Shown here in pieces: positions 18,706 through 29,419 of a DNA stretch of 64,000 nucleotides; within the stretch, counting starts at the first letter, position 1, and each line of letters opens with the position of its first letter. Source of the DNA: a phage. A program made the translations under genes and the position numbers. Under the pieces are notes generated by a model. The model did no database searches, was not told the origin of the DNA, and saw nothing but the letters and a program-made list of their open reading frames with translations. Where the stretch lies: NCBI GenBank assembly GCA_033648345.1, contig GCA_033648345.1_4121.1. One strand, written 5' to 3'.

Positions 18706-19298
18706 ATGCAAATAAATGTTGTAGTACTGAGGTTCATTTGTATTTTAAGAAATTAGTAAATGATATTATCTATATGCAAGAAATCATTTATCACAAAAGA
18801 ATGGACTTAGAAAAAGCATTAGTTCAGTTCTCTTTTAATCTCGATGGTGATATATCGTTAGATGGTGATGGATTGCGTATAGCATTTGACGGTAATACAA
18901 ATAGGGTTTTCTTTTGGATAGATAATAAATTATGTTCATCAATATGTCGTACTTTTTATAACCCTATTTCGGACTTATATCAATTGGTGTATTCTAAAGG
19001 TGCAGTTGAAGCATCATACGGTGATAGCTTTGCACTAGGAAAGAGTATCCCATATATGCAATCATTTGATATTGAATTAGTCAGTACTGATGAAGATGCA
19101 ATGTTCACAAATGATATAACAATGCAGCGTGAATCTGCAATGAGATATATTACAAATTCTATGCATACATTCTTCGAAAGAACAGAATTTGATAATGTGT
19201 ATATAGCAAATGTAAATATTTTTACTGACCTTTGTCAGTTCTTGAGAAGTATTTTTGATTTCGATGAAAGCTATTGTAAGCTTTATACTGAGGTTTAA
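18696..19298 (+). CDS. Hypothetical protein (weak family B motif)
   Basis: 200 aa; TDEDAMFTNDITM. Confidence 0.5.
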   Translation: MLLNANKCCSTEVHLYFKKLVNDIIYMQEIIYHKRMDLEKALVQFSFNLDGDISLDGDGLRIAFDGNTNRVFFWIDNKLCSSICRTFYNPISDLYQLVYSKGAVEASYGDSFALGKSIPYMQSFDIELVSTDEDAMFTNDITMQRESAMRYITNSMHTFFERTEFDNVYIANVNIFTDLCQFLRSIFDFDESYCKLYTEV

Positions 19299-19303
19299 AT
19301 GCC

Positions 19304-19663
19304 ATGAATACCATTAGTATTACGTACTACACAACGAAAAAATACGTTTGTTGTTTACTTTCGTTAAAGACAAATGATGATATGTTTGAAATGGCGGCAT
19401 ATACATTAGAATTGTCAGAAGATGGATTTCAATGTCATGAAGCGTACTCAAATACACGTGAAGATACAATTGATACTACGCTAATGCAAGAAGATGAGTT
19501 ATTTCAAGAAAGTTTAGTATGGGATAAAAAATACTATTGTGATTTTGATTTTCTTTGTTTAATCCAGAAAGAAATGAAAAGGATCTTCGACAATTATCCG
19601 GTGAAGAGATTGAGTACTAAGCCGGAGCAGTACAGGAGAATTTTATTCCGTTATGAAGACTGA
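19304..19663 (+). CDS. Family B protein (DKKY subfamily)
   Basis: 119 aa; QEDELFQESLVWDKKYYCDFD. Confidence 0.65.
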   Translation: MNTISITYYTTKKYVCCLLSLKTNDDMFEMAAYTLELSEDGFQCHEAYSNTREDTIDTTLMQEDELFQESLVWDKKYYCDFDFLCLIQKEMKRIFDNYPVKRLSTKPEQYRRILFRYED

Positions 19664-19991
19664 ATTAGTAAAAATAATGTACGCAACTCACACTAAGTTA
19701 TTATTGGTTAAAATGGATTATAACAGAAAACATAATGAATTCTGTACATTAATCCGAAATGAGGAATCATTTACATTGCGTACCAATGATAAGCCAATGC
19801 TAACTATAAATGATTTTTCATGTTTAGATACAGGTGAATTGTTCCAGGAGTCATTAGTACTGGATAGTAGTATACATTTGGAAATTGAAGTACTACAACA
19901 GTACCAGATACTTTTGAATCGTATTATGGAAAATTATCCATGTGAAGTTGGTGGACCAATGCAATTCAAATCAAAGATGTATGAATTATGA
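19653..19991 (+). CDS. Family B protein
   Basis: 112 aa; DTGELFQESLVLDSS. Confidence 0.6.
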   Translation: MKTELVKIMYATHTKLLLVKMDYNRKHNEFCTLIRNEESFTLRTNDKPMLTINDFSCLDTGELFQESLVLDSSIHLEIEVLQQYQILLNRIMENYPCEVGGPMQFKSKMYEL

Positions 19992-19998
19992 GGTTAGT

Positions 19999-20532
19999 AT
20001 GTTAGATAAAATAAAGAACAAGGGTACACAATACAATCATCTTAAGTTGGATACGTTCGAGGCAGCAATCAGTACTGCACAAGATATAATTGATATTATC
20101 AAGTACATTAAAGAAAATAAGTTAAAATGTGTGAAAACGCCAGAACGTACAATGTACAAAGATGACGACCTTCACGTATCAGTTGTTAAGCCAAAAGATA
20201 AGGATGGTAATAGAGATTTCTATAATAACAGTGGACAGTATGAATGTGAATATGATCCCGAATTTAGAGGTGGATTCATGTGCTTCAGTAAAACAGATAC
20301 TTCACATGTTGAGATACGTACATTAAAAGGTCTAGGTAGATTTGAGTTCATGGATATAGAACTAAATGAAGAAAACTACTTCCAACAATCATTACTTAAT
20401 ACTGAATACAATTTAGGTGTACTATTCATGTACAAGTACTTATATGAGCACTTAAATGAAGACTTCTATCTGGACTTAGAAGATTACCATTTAGTATGGA
20501 AAGAAATGGTAGAACTTCGTGAGAACTCTTGA
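19999..20532 (+). CDS. Family B protein
   Basis: Track ORF 19942..20532; in-frame ATG at 19999 after RBS GAGG; NEENYFQQSLLNTEYNLGVLFMYKY. Confidence 0.55.
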   Translation: MLDKIKNKGTQYNHLKLDTFEAAISTAQDIIDIIKYIKENKLKCVKTPERTMYKDDDLHVSVVKPKDKDGNRDFYNNSGQYECEYDPEFRGGFMCFSKTDTSHVEIRTLKGLGRFEFMDIELNEENYFQQSLLNTEYNLGVLFMYKYLYEHLNEDFYLDLEDYHLVWKEMVELRENS

Positions 20533-20558
20533 CACCCTCCAAATCTTTGTGATATAAT
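20529..20558 (+). promoter_or_regulatory. Sigma70-like promoter TTGACA-N18-TGaTATAAT (extended -10)
   Basis: Consensus -35 overlapping upstream stop codon, consensus -10 with TG extension, 34 nt upstream of ATG at 20592. Confidence 0.6.
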
Positions 20559-20591
20559 CTCTTTATATTAATTGTAAAGGGTTATATCACA

Positions 20592-21071
20592 ATGTCCAAA
20601 GACCTATCATTTAGCAATGCACAAAAAATCGCACAAAATATCATTAAACTTCATAAGTTCCTTTTAACAGTTAAAGAGAATATAATTCTCCCACGATGCA
20701 CACTTTATGCGTACAAAAATTATTTGTCAATGAATAGCAATTTGTTGCATACTACAGATGAGAATTTCTGTGGTATTCGTGTACTTGACGATGCACCATC
20801 AGGGGATTTTATCTCATATTGTTTCCATACATCTGATAGTTTTAAGTACTATCATCCTAGATCTGATGATGATGATGAATATGACACATTTAATGTTAGA
20901 TCAGAAGAAGAATTCTTCCAGTACAGTACTTTGTACAATGAGAGAATCGTGTTTAGTTCTACAATTTTTACAGTACTTAAAGATGAACTCAATGACGCAA
21001 ATGATAGATTCTATATGGATTTAAACTTCGTAGATGAAATCATTGAGTACATGGAGAAAAATGGTCTATGA
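20592..21071 (+). CDS. Family B protein
   Basis: 159 aa; SEEEFFQYSTLYNERIV. Confidence 0.65.
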   Translation: MSKDLSFSNAQKIAQNIIKLHKFLLTVKENIILPRCTLYAYKNYLSMNSNLLHTTDENFCGIRVLDDAPSGDFISYCFHTSDSFKYYHPRSDDDDEYDTFNVRSEEEFFQYSTLYNERIVFSSTIFTVLKDELNDANDRFYMDLNFVDEIIEYMEKNGL

Positions 21072-21550
21072 TTACAACAGAATATGATTACGATGGTGTT
21101 TTAGAATTTGCATCTAACATTCATCGCATTGCAAAGGAGTTCAGAAGTCCCCAACCTTTCGGTGGAATGCCTTTTGGTGGAATGTTCCAATATGACCAAT
21201 TCAGTTCAACCAAAGGAAGACTTGCCTTTAAAAATAATAGGGACAATCAAGTATATGCTGAGTACTTTGACGATAATGACTTTCATTACAGAGGTGAATA
21301 TATTTCATATTGCCAAGGGTCCGATTTGAAGATTAACATTGATACATTTAGAGATTCAGTGTTTATCCCTTATAGTGAGTTAGTTTTCATGACAGAAGAA
21401 ATGTACTTCCAAGAGTCTTGTATTCATGATGCAAAAGTACTTAATGCTATATTACTTTATGGTGCACTACTTCATCATTACAAATACAAACAACGATTCT
21501 TTTTAGATTTAGATGTATACCATAAATGCGTGGATTATTTGAATGCATAA
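21068..21550 (+). CDS. Family B protein
   Basis: 160 aa; TEEMYFQESCIHDAKVL. Confidence 0.6.
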   Translation: MITTEYDYDGVLEFASNIHRIAKEFRSPQPFGGMPFGGMFQYDQFSSTKGRLAFKNNRDNQVYAEYFDDNDFHYRGEYISYCQGSDLKINIDTFRDSVFIPYSELVFMTEEMYFQESCIHDAKVLNAILLYGALLHHYKYKQRFFLDLDVYHKCVDYLNA

Positions 21551-21905
21551 TACAACAACAATTCAGTACATGACGGATGGCAATGATTGCTTTGCTTCAA
21601 GATATGAATTCATCAAGAACCATTTCGTAACCTATATCCCTGAATATAATCAGTTTTATCTACAGATTTACCAAAATGATTCATATATGAATGAGATATA
21701 TTCTGAAATAAAAATCCCTGATTATAGTACTTTATCAGAAGAGGAATTGTTTCAGGAGAGCACTGTCAATACTGAAGATGTGTACGAACTAATGGAATAC
21801 CAGAAGGTACTTAAATATTTCCATGAAGTTCAGGATATACAAATGGATAGTGTTAAAACGTGGAATTATAACACATACGAGGTAAATTATGTTCGAAATG
21901 ATTAA
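21543..21905 (+). CDS. Family B protein
   Basis: 120 aa; SEEELFQESTVNTEDV. Confidence 0.6.
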   Translation: MHNTTTIQYMTDGNDCFASRYEFIKNHFVTYIPEYNQFYLQIYQNDSYMNEIYSEIKIPDYSTLSEEELFQESTVNTEDVYELMEYQKVLKYFHEVQDIQMDSVKTWNYNTYEVNYVRND

Positions 21906-22302
21906 AATTATGCAACGATGCATTGTTGACCAACATGGAATATATGGATATAGTTTAAGTGCAGCTATTGACAAAAACAAAACAACCTATGTAAGCTATA
22001 ATGCAGTACTTGGATTTGATATATTCATTAATGCCAACAATAAAATCAAACAAGCCAAAGATGTATCTATAATGACCCCTGATGAGCTATTTCAGTACAG
22101 CTTAGTTCTGCCGGGCTGTATTGATTTACAACGCCTAGGAGCTATACAGAAGGTTTTACGCGAACATAAAGTACAACCAAATAAAATTACACACATTCCA
22201 GAAACATTCTACAAACCCATAGAAGTAGAAACACCTGATTATATGTTAAGTGATGATGAGTTCTACAAGAAACACTTCCCTGGTAAAGTTTGGAGAGACT
22301 AA
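21889..22302 (+). CDS. Family B protein
   Basis: 137 aa; TPDELFQYSLVLPG. Confidence 0.6.
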   Translation: MFEMIKIMQRCIVDQHGIYGYSLSAAIDKNKTTYVSYNAVLGFDIFINANNKIKQAKDVSIMTPDELFQYSLVLPGCIDLQRLGAIQKVLREHKVQPNKITHIPETFYKPIEVETPDYMLSDDEFYKKHFPGKVWRD

Positions 22303-22784
22303 TGAACCGAAAGTACAGAGAAACTATGAAGTTCGCTAAGGAGTGTTTAGAGACAGTTGATTTCATTTTCGATAACAAAGACTCACTGGGTCATCACTTC
22401 GTAATTACAAAGAAAGAAGATAAGAGATACAAGTGTCAAAGATTAGGATACAGTATTGAGTTCTCCTTAATGATTGATGGAATGATAAACTCCTTATATG
22501 AATGTGGTAAGACTGATTACCTTTCATTTAGATCATGGAGTGAAGGTATCATGTTCTTGAGAACAAATGGAGTTTTATATCCGTTTCTTGATGATTTATC
22601 AGAAGAAAGTTACTTTCAAAATAGTTTAATTTACACAGAAAAAGAACTCAAGATGCTATTCATTATGTCGTACTTTAAAAAGTACTGCAATTTTAAATCA
22701 TTATCTTTTGAGATCTCTGCAATGAAAGTATTCATTAAAAATGTAAAAGAATTAAAGAGGATTTACGATGTACATAGAAAATGA
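22302..22784 (+). CDS. Family B protein (WYF subfamily)
   Basis: Track ORF 22290 begins with TTG; ATG at 22302 overlaps upstream stop (TAATG); SEESYFQNSLIYTEKELKMLFIMSYF. Confidence 0.6.
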   Translation: MNRKYRETMKFAKECLETVDFIFDNKDSLGHHFVITKKEDKRYKCQRLGYSIEFSLMIDGMINSLYECGKTDYLSFRSWSEGIMFLRTNGVLYPFLDDLSEESYFQNSLIYTEKELKMLFIMSYFKKYCNFKSLSFEISAMKVFIKNVKELKRIYDVHRK

Positions 22785-23310
22785 TAATGTAAAATGCATT
22801 GCCGACATTTGTATAAAATTAATGAAAATTTTCATTAACCCAAAATACAAGACTCGTTCTTTACGTCATAATATTGATGATCATTGTGTAATTACTATTC
22901 TAGGTAGTATGCTTGATGTAAAGTACGATGGTAAATTGTTATTCGGTATACGAGAAGAGAAGATAGATGATGTCTTCTTTTCTCCTAAAGATAAGTTTGA
23001 ACCTTCTGATTATAAAGTAATTATTCGTGATGATAGTATCTACATTAGTAGTGACTATTCAAATTACGTCGAACAGATATACACTGAAAATGTTGACTAC
23101 AACCATGAACTACTAGATTTACCAACATCAGACATAGATATGGAGAGAATCAAATTTTCATTATCAAATAATGAGTACTTAGGTATACAAACATATTATG
23201 CACTTCAGGGAAAGATTCCACCTGCGATGTATATAAGAATTGAGATTGGTAATGTATTCAGTGATACGGTTATATCAATTGCTGATAAAATATTGAAGGT
23301 ACAATTATGA
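22768..23310 (+). CDS. Hypothetical protein
   Basis: 180 aa track ORF; no clear family motif. Confidence 0.5.
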   Translation: MYIENDNVKCIADICIKLMKIFINPKYKTRSLRHNIDDHCVITILGSMLDVKYDGKLLFGIREEKIDDVFFSPKDKFEPSDYKVIIRDDSIYISSDYSNYVEQIYTENVDYNHELLDLPTSDIDMERIKFSLSNNEYLGIQTYYALQGKIPPAMYIRIEIGNVFSDTVISIADKILKVQL

Positions 23311-23864
23311 ATTTTACTAATTATAATTTACATAGACTTGAATTACGTCATTGTATTGCATTTGCAAAAACATTAATGTGCATCATTGATACACTATCAT
23401 CTAAAACTTTTCGAAAGGATAATGATTTATGCCTTAAAAAAGGTAAAGTACAAAAATACGATTATACAGATGAAACGTATTTTGATATCTTTTTGGGAAC
23501 AAATGATAGTACAAGAGTAGGATGTTTGGGAACAGTTGGGACACATTGCTTTACATGGAATCCAAATTCAAGTACAGTACGAATTGACACCAACGATACA
23601 TGTTATGCTGACCTTAGTACTGAATCTGATTTAGAATCAGTTATGTTCCAACACATGTTAATCCATAAACCAAATGAAATTCTTTATCTTGTTGCTTTTA
23701 GTTATCTCTTACAAAATTATAAATCAGGTTTTACTATTGAAACTGATATCGATGAGATTATGGATGAGATTCCTAGTTTAAAAGATATTCTTGAAGAAAA
23801 AGATTTCTATCAGGACTTTAGAGATTTATACAACATGCACAGGGAGTTATCTGATAATGAATAA
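23307..23864 (+). CDS. Family B protein (divergent)
   Basis: 185 aa; LESVMFQHMLIHKPNE. Confidence 0.55.
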   Translation: MNFTNYNLHRLELRHCIAFAKTLMCIIDTLSSKTFRKDNDLCLKKGKVQKYDYTDETYFDIFLGTNDSTRVGCLGTVGTHCFTWNPNSSTVRIDTNDTCYADLSTESDLESVMFQHMLIHKPNEILYLVAFSYLLQNYKSGFTIETDIDEIMDEIPSLKDILEEKDFYQDFRDLYNMHRELSDNE

Positions 23865-24375
23865 AGATGATATTCTAATCAGACTAATCAACAGTCTGTT
23901 AAAATTCGTGAATAGTGATAGTGATACACACAATGTAGGTGACATTGAATTCAAATCATTTGGAATGTACGGTGAGGACAAAACATATTATGCATCAATG
24001 AAATTCCAAGATTATTATGAAATGTTAATTGCGTTAACATACGAAGATGTGGACCCAAGATGGAGTTCCAGTATTTCTCTGTCGAGAATGGTAATTCGTA
24101 GTAAACATCGTTACATTTCGTCAAAGAATACTCCTAATTTGTTTGATATTGTTTTGAATGAAAATACCAACCCCCCATCTAAACATGATATCGTACCTTT
24201 AACTGATGAAGTACAGTTTCAATTGAGTACCATTTGTGATGAAGATGTGATATCATGTATGAAAATTTACGAGAAGATTGGTAGTGATATCCCTAAGAAC
24301 TATTACATAACAATAGATGGAACGTACCTCCGAGATGAGGCTCTAGCGTACATTGACAGCGTTTTACCAAAATAA
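23857..24375 (+). CDS. Family B protein (divergent)
   Basis: Track ORF 23791..24375; in-frame ATG near 23857 (MNKDDILIR); TDEVQFQLSTICDEDV. Confidence 0.5.
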   Translation: MNKDDILIRLINSLLKFVNSDSDTHNVGDIEFKSFGMYGEDKTYYASMKFQDYYEMLIALTYEDVDPRWSSSISLSRMVIRSKHRYISSKNTPNLFDIVLNENTNPPSKHDIVPLTDEVQFQLSTICDEDVISCMKIYEKIGSDIPKNYYITIDGTYLRDEALAYIDSVLPK

Positions 24376-24397
24376 AGACCCTTATGGGTCTTTTTGT
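24375..24397 (+). terminator. Rho-independent terminator
   Basis: AGACCC-TTAT-GGGTCT hairpin followed by TTTTT immediately after stop codon. Confidence 0.65.
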
Positions 24398-24406
24398 GTT
24401 TAGTGC

Positions 24407-24435
24407 TTTACATGAGCATTCAGGTGTGTTATAAT
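24407..24435 (+). promoter_or_regulatory. Sigma70-like promoter TTTACA-N17-TATAAT
   Basis: Follows terminator; TG-rich extended -10 region; 28 nt upstream of ATG 24463. Confidence 0.5.
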
Positions 24436-24462
24436 CGCTTTTAACAGAGTACAGGAGAAGAT

Positions 24463-25026
24463 ATGAGTACTGAATTAATTAAAGAAATCACATTGTTGGT
24501 AAAGCATTGTTTTAAGTTCATTGATGATAATGGTTCACGCCAGTACATTAAAGTTAATGAGAAATATAACATTAACGTCCTAAAGAATGAAACCGTTAAC
24601 AGTTATGCAAACATTGAGTTAGATGTTGAGGACAAATACACAGCATTACACATCATTTCGTCCGGCGATAGAAAACAAGATTATCGTTCTACATTTTATG
24701 ATGATAGTGTTACTGTTGGTTATAAATTTCATAAAAATAAAATTGCCTATAAGAATACATACACACATGAAGTAATTGAAGAGTACAATTATAAAATTAA
24801 AAAAGACGAGTACGATGTACTTTTATTCAATGCGAACCTCATACACAACGCTGGTACTGTTCGCAATCTTATGTTAGCATATGAAATTCCAAAGATTATA
24901 GAAAGAAATGAATTGATAATCTTTAAAACTATATTAAAATTCAGTACAGAAGAATTAGAAGATCTAGTACTGGCTCTTAAGACGTTCATCAATGAACATG
25001 TACCTGTTAAATTAGAGGACTTATAA
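24463..25026 (+). CDS. Hypothetical protein
   Basis: 187 aa track ORF with RBS GGAGAAG. Confidence 0.55.
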   Translation: MSTELIKEITLLVKHCFKFIDDNGSRQYIKVNEKYNINVLKNETVNSYANIELDVEDKYTALHIISSGDRKQDYRSTFYDDSVTVGYKFHKNKIAYKNTYTHEVIEEYNYKIKKDEYDVLLFNANLIHNAGTVRNLMLAYEIPKIIERNELIIFKTILKFSTEELEDLVLALKTFINEHVPVKLEDL

Positions 25027-25610
25027 TGCAAGCTGAACACATTCAAATTATGAAATTGATGCATGACATTGCAGAACTATCTGAAAAGCACAACATTACT
25101 GAACATGAGCCTATTGGAAATTATCGTCTTAAAGTTGAATGCAAATCACCATATCGTTTTGGTTCAGTAGTACTGGAGTCTTATAAAGTTTACGATTATG
25201 GAACGACGAAAAAAGGTTCATGGGATACTATGGCAATGTATATCCGAACATCAAGGCATAGTGAGCAAATCGGTTCCATTACTCCAAACATGATATTTGT
25301 CAATGCTTTACACGAAGATATTAATCGAATTGTTGAATCTAATTTTGATGACGTAGAGAATGATACATATTTGGAAATTCCACCAGAACTAGATCAATGT
25401 GAAGACATTCGCGAAGGATACATTTTTCAGAGATCAGTACTTGACAACTTCAAGGAATTTGAGTACATGATGCTTTGCTATGAAACTGCAAAAGCTATTG
25501 ACACTGGTGAATTGGTAATGTATAGTAAGTTCATTAACTGTGAATCCGATACATTAAAAGAGCTACACACGGCAATCAAAAACATCAAGGATACATATGA
25601 ACGCTTATAG
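25026..25610 (+). CDS. Family B protein (divergent)
   Basis: 194 aa; IREGYIFQRSVLDNF. Confidence 0.55.
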   Translation: MQAEHIQIMKLMHDIAELSEKHNITEHEPIGNYRLKVECKSPYRFGSVVLESYKVYDYGTTKKGSWDTMAMYIRTSRHSEQIGSITPNMIFVNALHEDINRIVESNFDDVENDTYLEIPPELDQCEDIREGYIFQRSVLDNFKEFEYMMLCYETAKAIDTGELVMYSKFINCESDTLKELHTAIKNIKDTYERL

Positions 25611-26175
25611 TTATATGACAGCCCGACACCAACAGCTATATGATATCAGTACAAAAATGTTATCAATTGTTAGTAGTGCAAAAGAAATTGAAAAACAATA
25701 CCTCATCCGTGATGTAGCAATTTCATCTAAATGTTGGTCCAATGAATATTACGATCACGGTATTCTTACTATTTCTGGGGCTAGAAATATTTGTATTGTA
25801 AAAAATAAAAATAAAAGTAATGAAGAGTGTGAGATTAGAACCGATATACAAATTAAGGATGATGGAAGTTTTTCACACCACCCATTCCATATTAGTACTA
25901 TTGGTGTTTTATATAATATTAAAGTACTATTCGGTGATGAAGAGTATGTGTTAAAAGCTATCAATCCAGATTCAAGTACAGTTGAAGAAGAACTGTTCCA
26001 GATGAGCACTGTTATACCTGAAGAGGTTCTTAGTACTGTTATTTTTTGTAGTTTAATTTATCACACATACAAAAAGTACCAGTTCGATTTCCACATTTTA
26101 GGAACGTACATCTTCAATACTTTGAATGTTGATCGTTTAAAAGCATTAAATGCAGCAATGGATAAGGTGCTATAA
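25597..26175 (+). CDS. Family B protein
   Basis: 192 aa; VEEELFQMSTVIPEE. Confidence 0.6.
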   Translation: MNAYSYMTARHQQLYDISTKMLSIVSSAKEIEKQYLIRDVAISSKCWSNEYYDHGILTISGARNICIVKNKNKSNEECEIRTDIQIKDDGSFSHHPFHISTIGVLYNIKVLFGDEEYVLKAINPDSSTVEEELFQMSTVIPEEVLSTVIFCSLIYHTYKKYQFDFHILGTYIFNTLNVDRLKALNAAMDKVL

Positions 26176-26603
26176 TGACAAGAGATGAATGCTTATACAT
26201 ATGGGATATAATTGAAACTACACTTTCAAATCCAGAAAATTATAAAACAAAAAAAAGACAACGACACAAAATATGGATAGATTTGTTCGTTGAGGGCATA
26301 CACGCAGTGACTATTTGGGATTCACCGAGGGCATCATCATCTACTCTGTTGGACAATGAATGCATTGATTGCATTAATTCCACTTTTCATCTCCACGGTA
26401 CTACATATTTCGGCACATTTCTGGATATTGAAAGTAAAGATGATATTGATTCACTTGCTTTACAATACGGAGTACTGTATGATACTAAATTAATTTACGA
26501 TTTAGTACTAGCTTCTTATGTGTATAAATTAATGATGAAATATAATCATATTTCAGTTTCAGTTTATACTAAGGATATTCTTTCATTAAGAGACAAAACA
26601 TGA
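26175..26603 (+). CDS. Hypothetical protein (degenerate family B motif)
   Basis: 142 aa; SLALQYGVLYD. Confidence 0.5.
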   Translation: MTRDECLYIWDIIETTLSNPENYKTKKRQRHKIWIDLFVEGIHAVTIWDSPRASSSTLLDNECIDCINSTFHLHGTTYFGTFLDIESKDDIDSLALQYGVLYDTKLIYDLVLASYVYKLMMKYNHISVSVYTKDILSLRDKT

Positions 26604-27106
26604 GTTTATTAAATGCACGAGAATTAGTTGAGATGTATGAGATCTTATCTTCATATAAAAATTCTCCAAAAGATGTAATTCTCAACAAAAAGTTCCATGT
26701 CAATGTTGATCATATGAAAAATATAGATATGATTTCTTTAGTGGAAAGTCGTAAATCGGGTCTTGAGCGTGATATCATGCGTTTGATTTATATTACCAAA
26801 CCATCATATACTAATGATAGTTCAATTAGTAATGAGACGTTTTTGTACACTCCTTATACTGATTGTACTTTAGTTTCAATGTCTAATCAGAAACAAGATA
26901 CTATCCAATTCATCAATACCAGTACTGATAACATTGAAGAAAATGAATTCCAAAACAATACATTAAGTTCATGTAGTAGTGTTATAACCTTTATGTCATA
27001 TCTGTGGTCAATCAAATCAAATGCAATTGTATATAGTTCTAATTACACACAAGATAGTATTGTTGAATCATTTAAAGTTCTAAAGGAATACTATGAAAAT
27101 AACTAA
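26600..27106 (+). CDS. Family B protein (divergent)
   Basis: 168 aa; IEENEFQNNTLSS. Confidence 0.55.
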   Translation: MSLLNARELVEMYEILSSYKNSPKDVILNKKFHVNVDHMKNIDMISLVESRKSGLERDIMRLIYITKPSYTNDSSISNETFLYTPYTDCTLVSMSNQKQDTIQFINTSTDNIEENEFQNNTLSSCSSVITFMSYLWSIKSNAIVYSSNYTQDSIVESFKVLKEYYENN

Positions 27107-27674
27107 TGATTTTATTAGAAGCTTAGTGCACCCTATGCTTGGTGTTATGAAAAAACTACAGACTCTACCTGAAGACAACGATTACAAGTTTAATCGTTTT
27201 GATTCGGATGTGTTTTGTATTGAAATGGAAATTAATAACAATCGTTATTTTCATTTAAAATTCAAAGAATCGTCGAGTTCGCACTACAACTTTGACATGA
27301 ATTTTAAAATAAGCAATGATATTGAAGAAAACGCAATATCAAATCATATTAGCAGAAATGGTTTCATGCATAGAACTAATATGTTCAATAATAAAAACAG
27401 TATTATATCTAAATGGAATCATCAATTCACTAAAATTTGTGATATTGATTGCAGTACATTTGGTGAAGAACAATACTTTCAGTTAAGTACAATACATGAA
27501 CTTCCACCATATGATTGTGTAAAAACATGGTTTGATATTCATAATATAATTGATGATGCAATCGTACTTCCATTTGGGTTGTCAATATCATATACTGCAC
27601 CTAAAACGTTTGTTTTTACTGAAGATATGATTATGAAAAAGATATGGGCGATGATCCCACTTATGCTTGATTAA
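27093..27674 (+). CDS. Family B protein
   Basis: 193 aa; GEEQYFQLSTIHELP. Confidence 0.6.
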   Translation: MKITNDFIRSLVHPMLGVMKKLQTLPEDNDYKFNRFDSDVFCIEMEINNNRYFHLKFKESSSSHYNFDMNFKISNDIEENAISNHISRNGFMHRTNMFNNKNSIISKWNHQFTKICDIDCSTFGEEQYFQLSTIHELPPYDCVKTWFDIHNIIDDAIVLPFGLSISYTAPKTFVFTEDMIMKKIWAMIPLMLD

Positions 27675-27685
27675 CGGAGAACTAC

Positions 27686-28237
27686 ATGAATCAAAGTCAT
27701 GATCTTTTTAAATTATGTGCATCCAAAGATGTGGAAGGATGGGCAGATAAAATCAATACAATTATTAACCGTTATCTTGGCTTCTGTGCACGATCACGAA
27801 GTGAAGGTTCAATGCGTTTCCAAATAACCATGACAATCGATGGTGTTACGATTTATGTCAACGAAGAACGTCTTGGTATTAATCTCTATGATAGTTGTGT
27901 CTTTGCTATTCACCAGAAAATGGGGGCAGGTTGGGGTTGTAATAATATGAACACCAATGCATTTTTCTGGGTAGGTCATAGCAACACAGTACTTGATCCT
28001 TCAAAGAAATCAAACCTTTTAGATGATAATTTGGTATATGATTTAGCTTACTCTGAAGAACAACATTTCCAGTTAAGTACATTGCATAATTTAGTCAAAT
28101 ATGAAGATTGTATCAAAGCATTAGAATTATGCCATTCACTTGAACTTAAAGAAAAATTGATACAAATTTACCCATTGTTCTTCCATGAAGAAGTACAATG
28201 CACACTAGATCATATTTTATATGGGTACGACAAATGA
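27686..28237 (+). CDS. Family B protein
   Basis: 183 aa; SEEQHFQLSTLHNL. Confidence 0.6.
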   Translation: MNQSHDLFKLCASKDVEGWADKINTIINRYLGFCARSRSEGSMRFQITMTIDGVTIYVNEERLGINLYDSCVFAIHQKMGAGWGCNNMNTNAFFWVGHSNTVLDPSKKSNLLDDNLVYDLAYSEEQHFQLSTLHNLVKYEDCIKALELCHSLELKEKLIQIYPLFFHEEVQCTLDHILYGYDK

Positions 28238-28836
28238 GAAAAAGTTATCAAGAAGCTATTGACCTAATTCGAGAAGTTATTAAGGCGGCTCCAGGTGCGA
28301 TAGCATTCAAGAAGTCCCTATATAAAAAGTATGGTCCCATGTCAAGTATGTGCTGTCAAAAGAAACGTAGTAAATTTACTACGCAGTACTGGCATGATTC
28401 TATTATCCTGAGTAATGAACATCAGCGTATTTTAACAATCGAATCAGTAGATAATCAATATGGTGAAGGAATGATTTGTGTTCCTGACTATGATGAAATT
28501 AATTTCAATTGTGGAGATTATGAGACAACATTATTATTACACGAGGGTTACCCTGAAGGTGATGTAATGGCAGAGTATAATCCAAAAACCAAAATACTGA
28601 AACGTGGTATGCAGTTCAAAATCAATAACAAAGATGATGTGGAAGCAGCACTAATGCAACTTAGTACTAGTGAACCTATCACTATTGATGTAGAAGAGTT
28701 ATGGGGCATCATTTCAGTACTTAATGAGTGTTATAAAATTAAATCATTACATAAGTACTCTATCATTTTACATACTAATTGTGCAATGATAAAATGCAAG
28801 AACATACAAGAGATGGTGGTTCCAGATGAACTTTAA
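28234..28836 (+). CDS. Hypothetical protein (degenerate family B motif)
   Basis: Track ORF 28198..28836; in-frame ATG at 28234 gives ATGA overlap; EAALMQLSTSEP. Confidence 0.5.
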   Translation: MRKSYQEAIDLIREVIKAAPGAIAFKKSLYKKYGPMSSMCCQKKRSKFTTQYWHDSIILSNEHQRILTIESVDNQYGEGMICVPDYDEINFNCGDYETTLLLHEGYPEGDVMAEYNPKTKILKRGMQFKINNKDDVEAALMQLSTSEPITIDVEELWGIISVLNECYKIKSLHKYSIILHTNCAMIKCKNIQEMVVPDEL

Positions 28837-29410
28837 AGAAATAGAAAGTAAAATTAAGTACTTCAAAGATATTAAAAAACTTTGGGAAAAGTATAAAATT
28901 GATTATCAGTTCCAAGATGATGATACTGTTCAAAGCATTGATATTAATATTCGTGTGAAGTTTAAGAATGGCAATTATGGCGAAGTTAAATTGAATGCTA
29001 TTGGTGTATTCCTTAAGGATTATGATGGTTCTTCACTCGCTCAATTCGATTTCACACCTGATCCTGATGATATGTTATTGAGTGAAGTCAATGCATATGA
29101 CCTTGAGATGTTTAATGGTAAACCTTTACTATTCCGCTTATCAGATGAATGGGATGAGGTTTACTACACATACAAAGATGGTGTGATTCGAGACGTAAAT
29201 GATGAAGTAGTAAATGATATGGAAGAACGTCTATTTCAAGAATCATGTGTGTCATCGGAGTCATATACATATCAATATCTACTTGACATGTTCGATTTGT
29301 ATAGTAAAATAGATTCAGAAATGAGTACATTGGGTATTCATTATCTTACAATCAACGACTTTGCACAACTTGAAACAGCGGTTAAAGCACTGGTCAAAGT
29401 ACTGAAATAG
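28826..29410 (+). CDS. Family B protein
   Basis: 194 aa; MEERLFQESCVSSES. Confidence 0.55.
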   Translation: MNFKEIESKIKYFKDIKKLWEKYKIDYQFQDDDTVQSIDINIRVKFKNGNYGEVKLNAIGVFLKDYDGSSLAQFDFTPDPDDMLLSEVNAYDLEMFNGKPLLFRLSDEWDEVYYTYKDGVIRDVNDEVVNDMEERLFQESCVSSESYTYQYLLDMFDLYSKIDSEMSTLGIHYLTINDFAQLETAVKALVKVLK

Positions 29411-29419
29411 GAATGAATA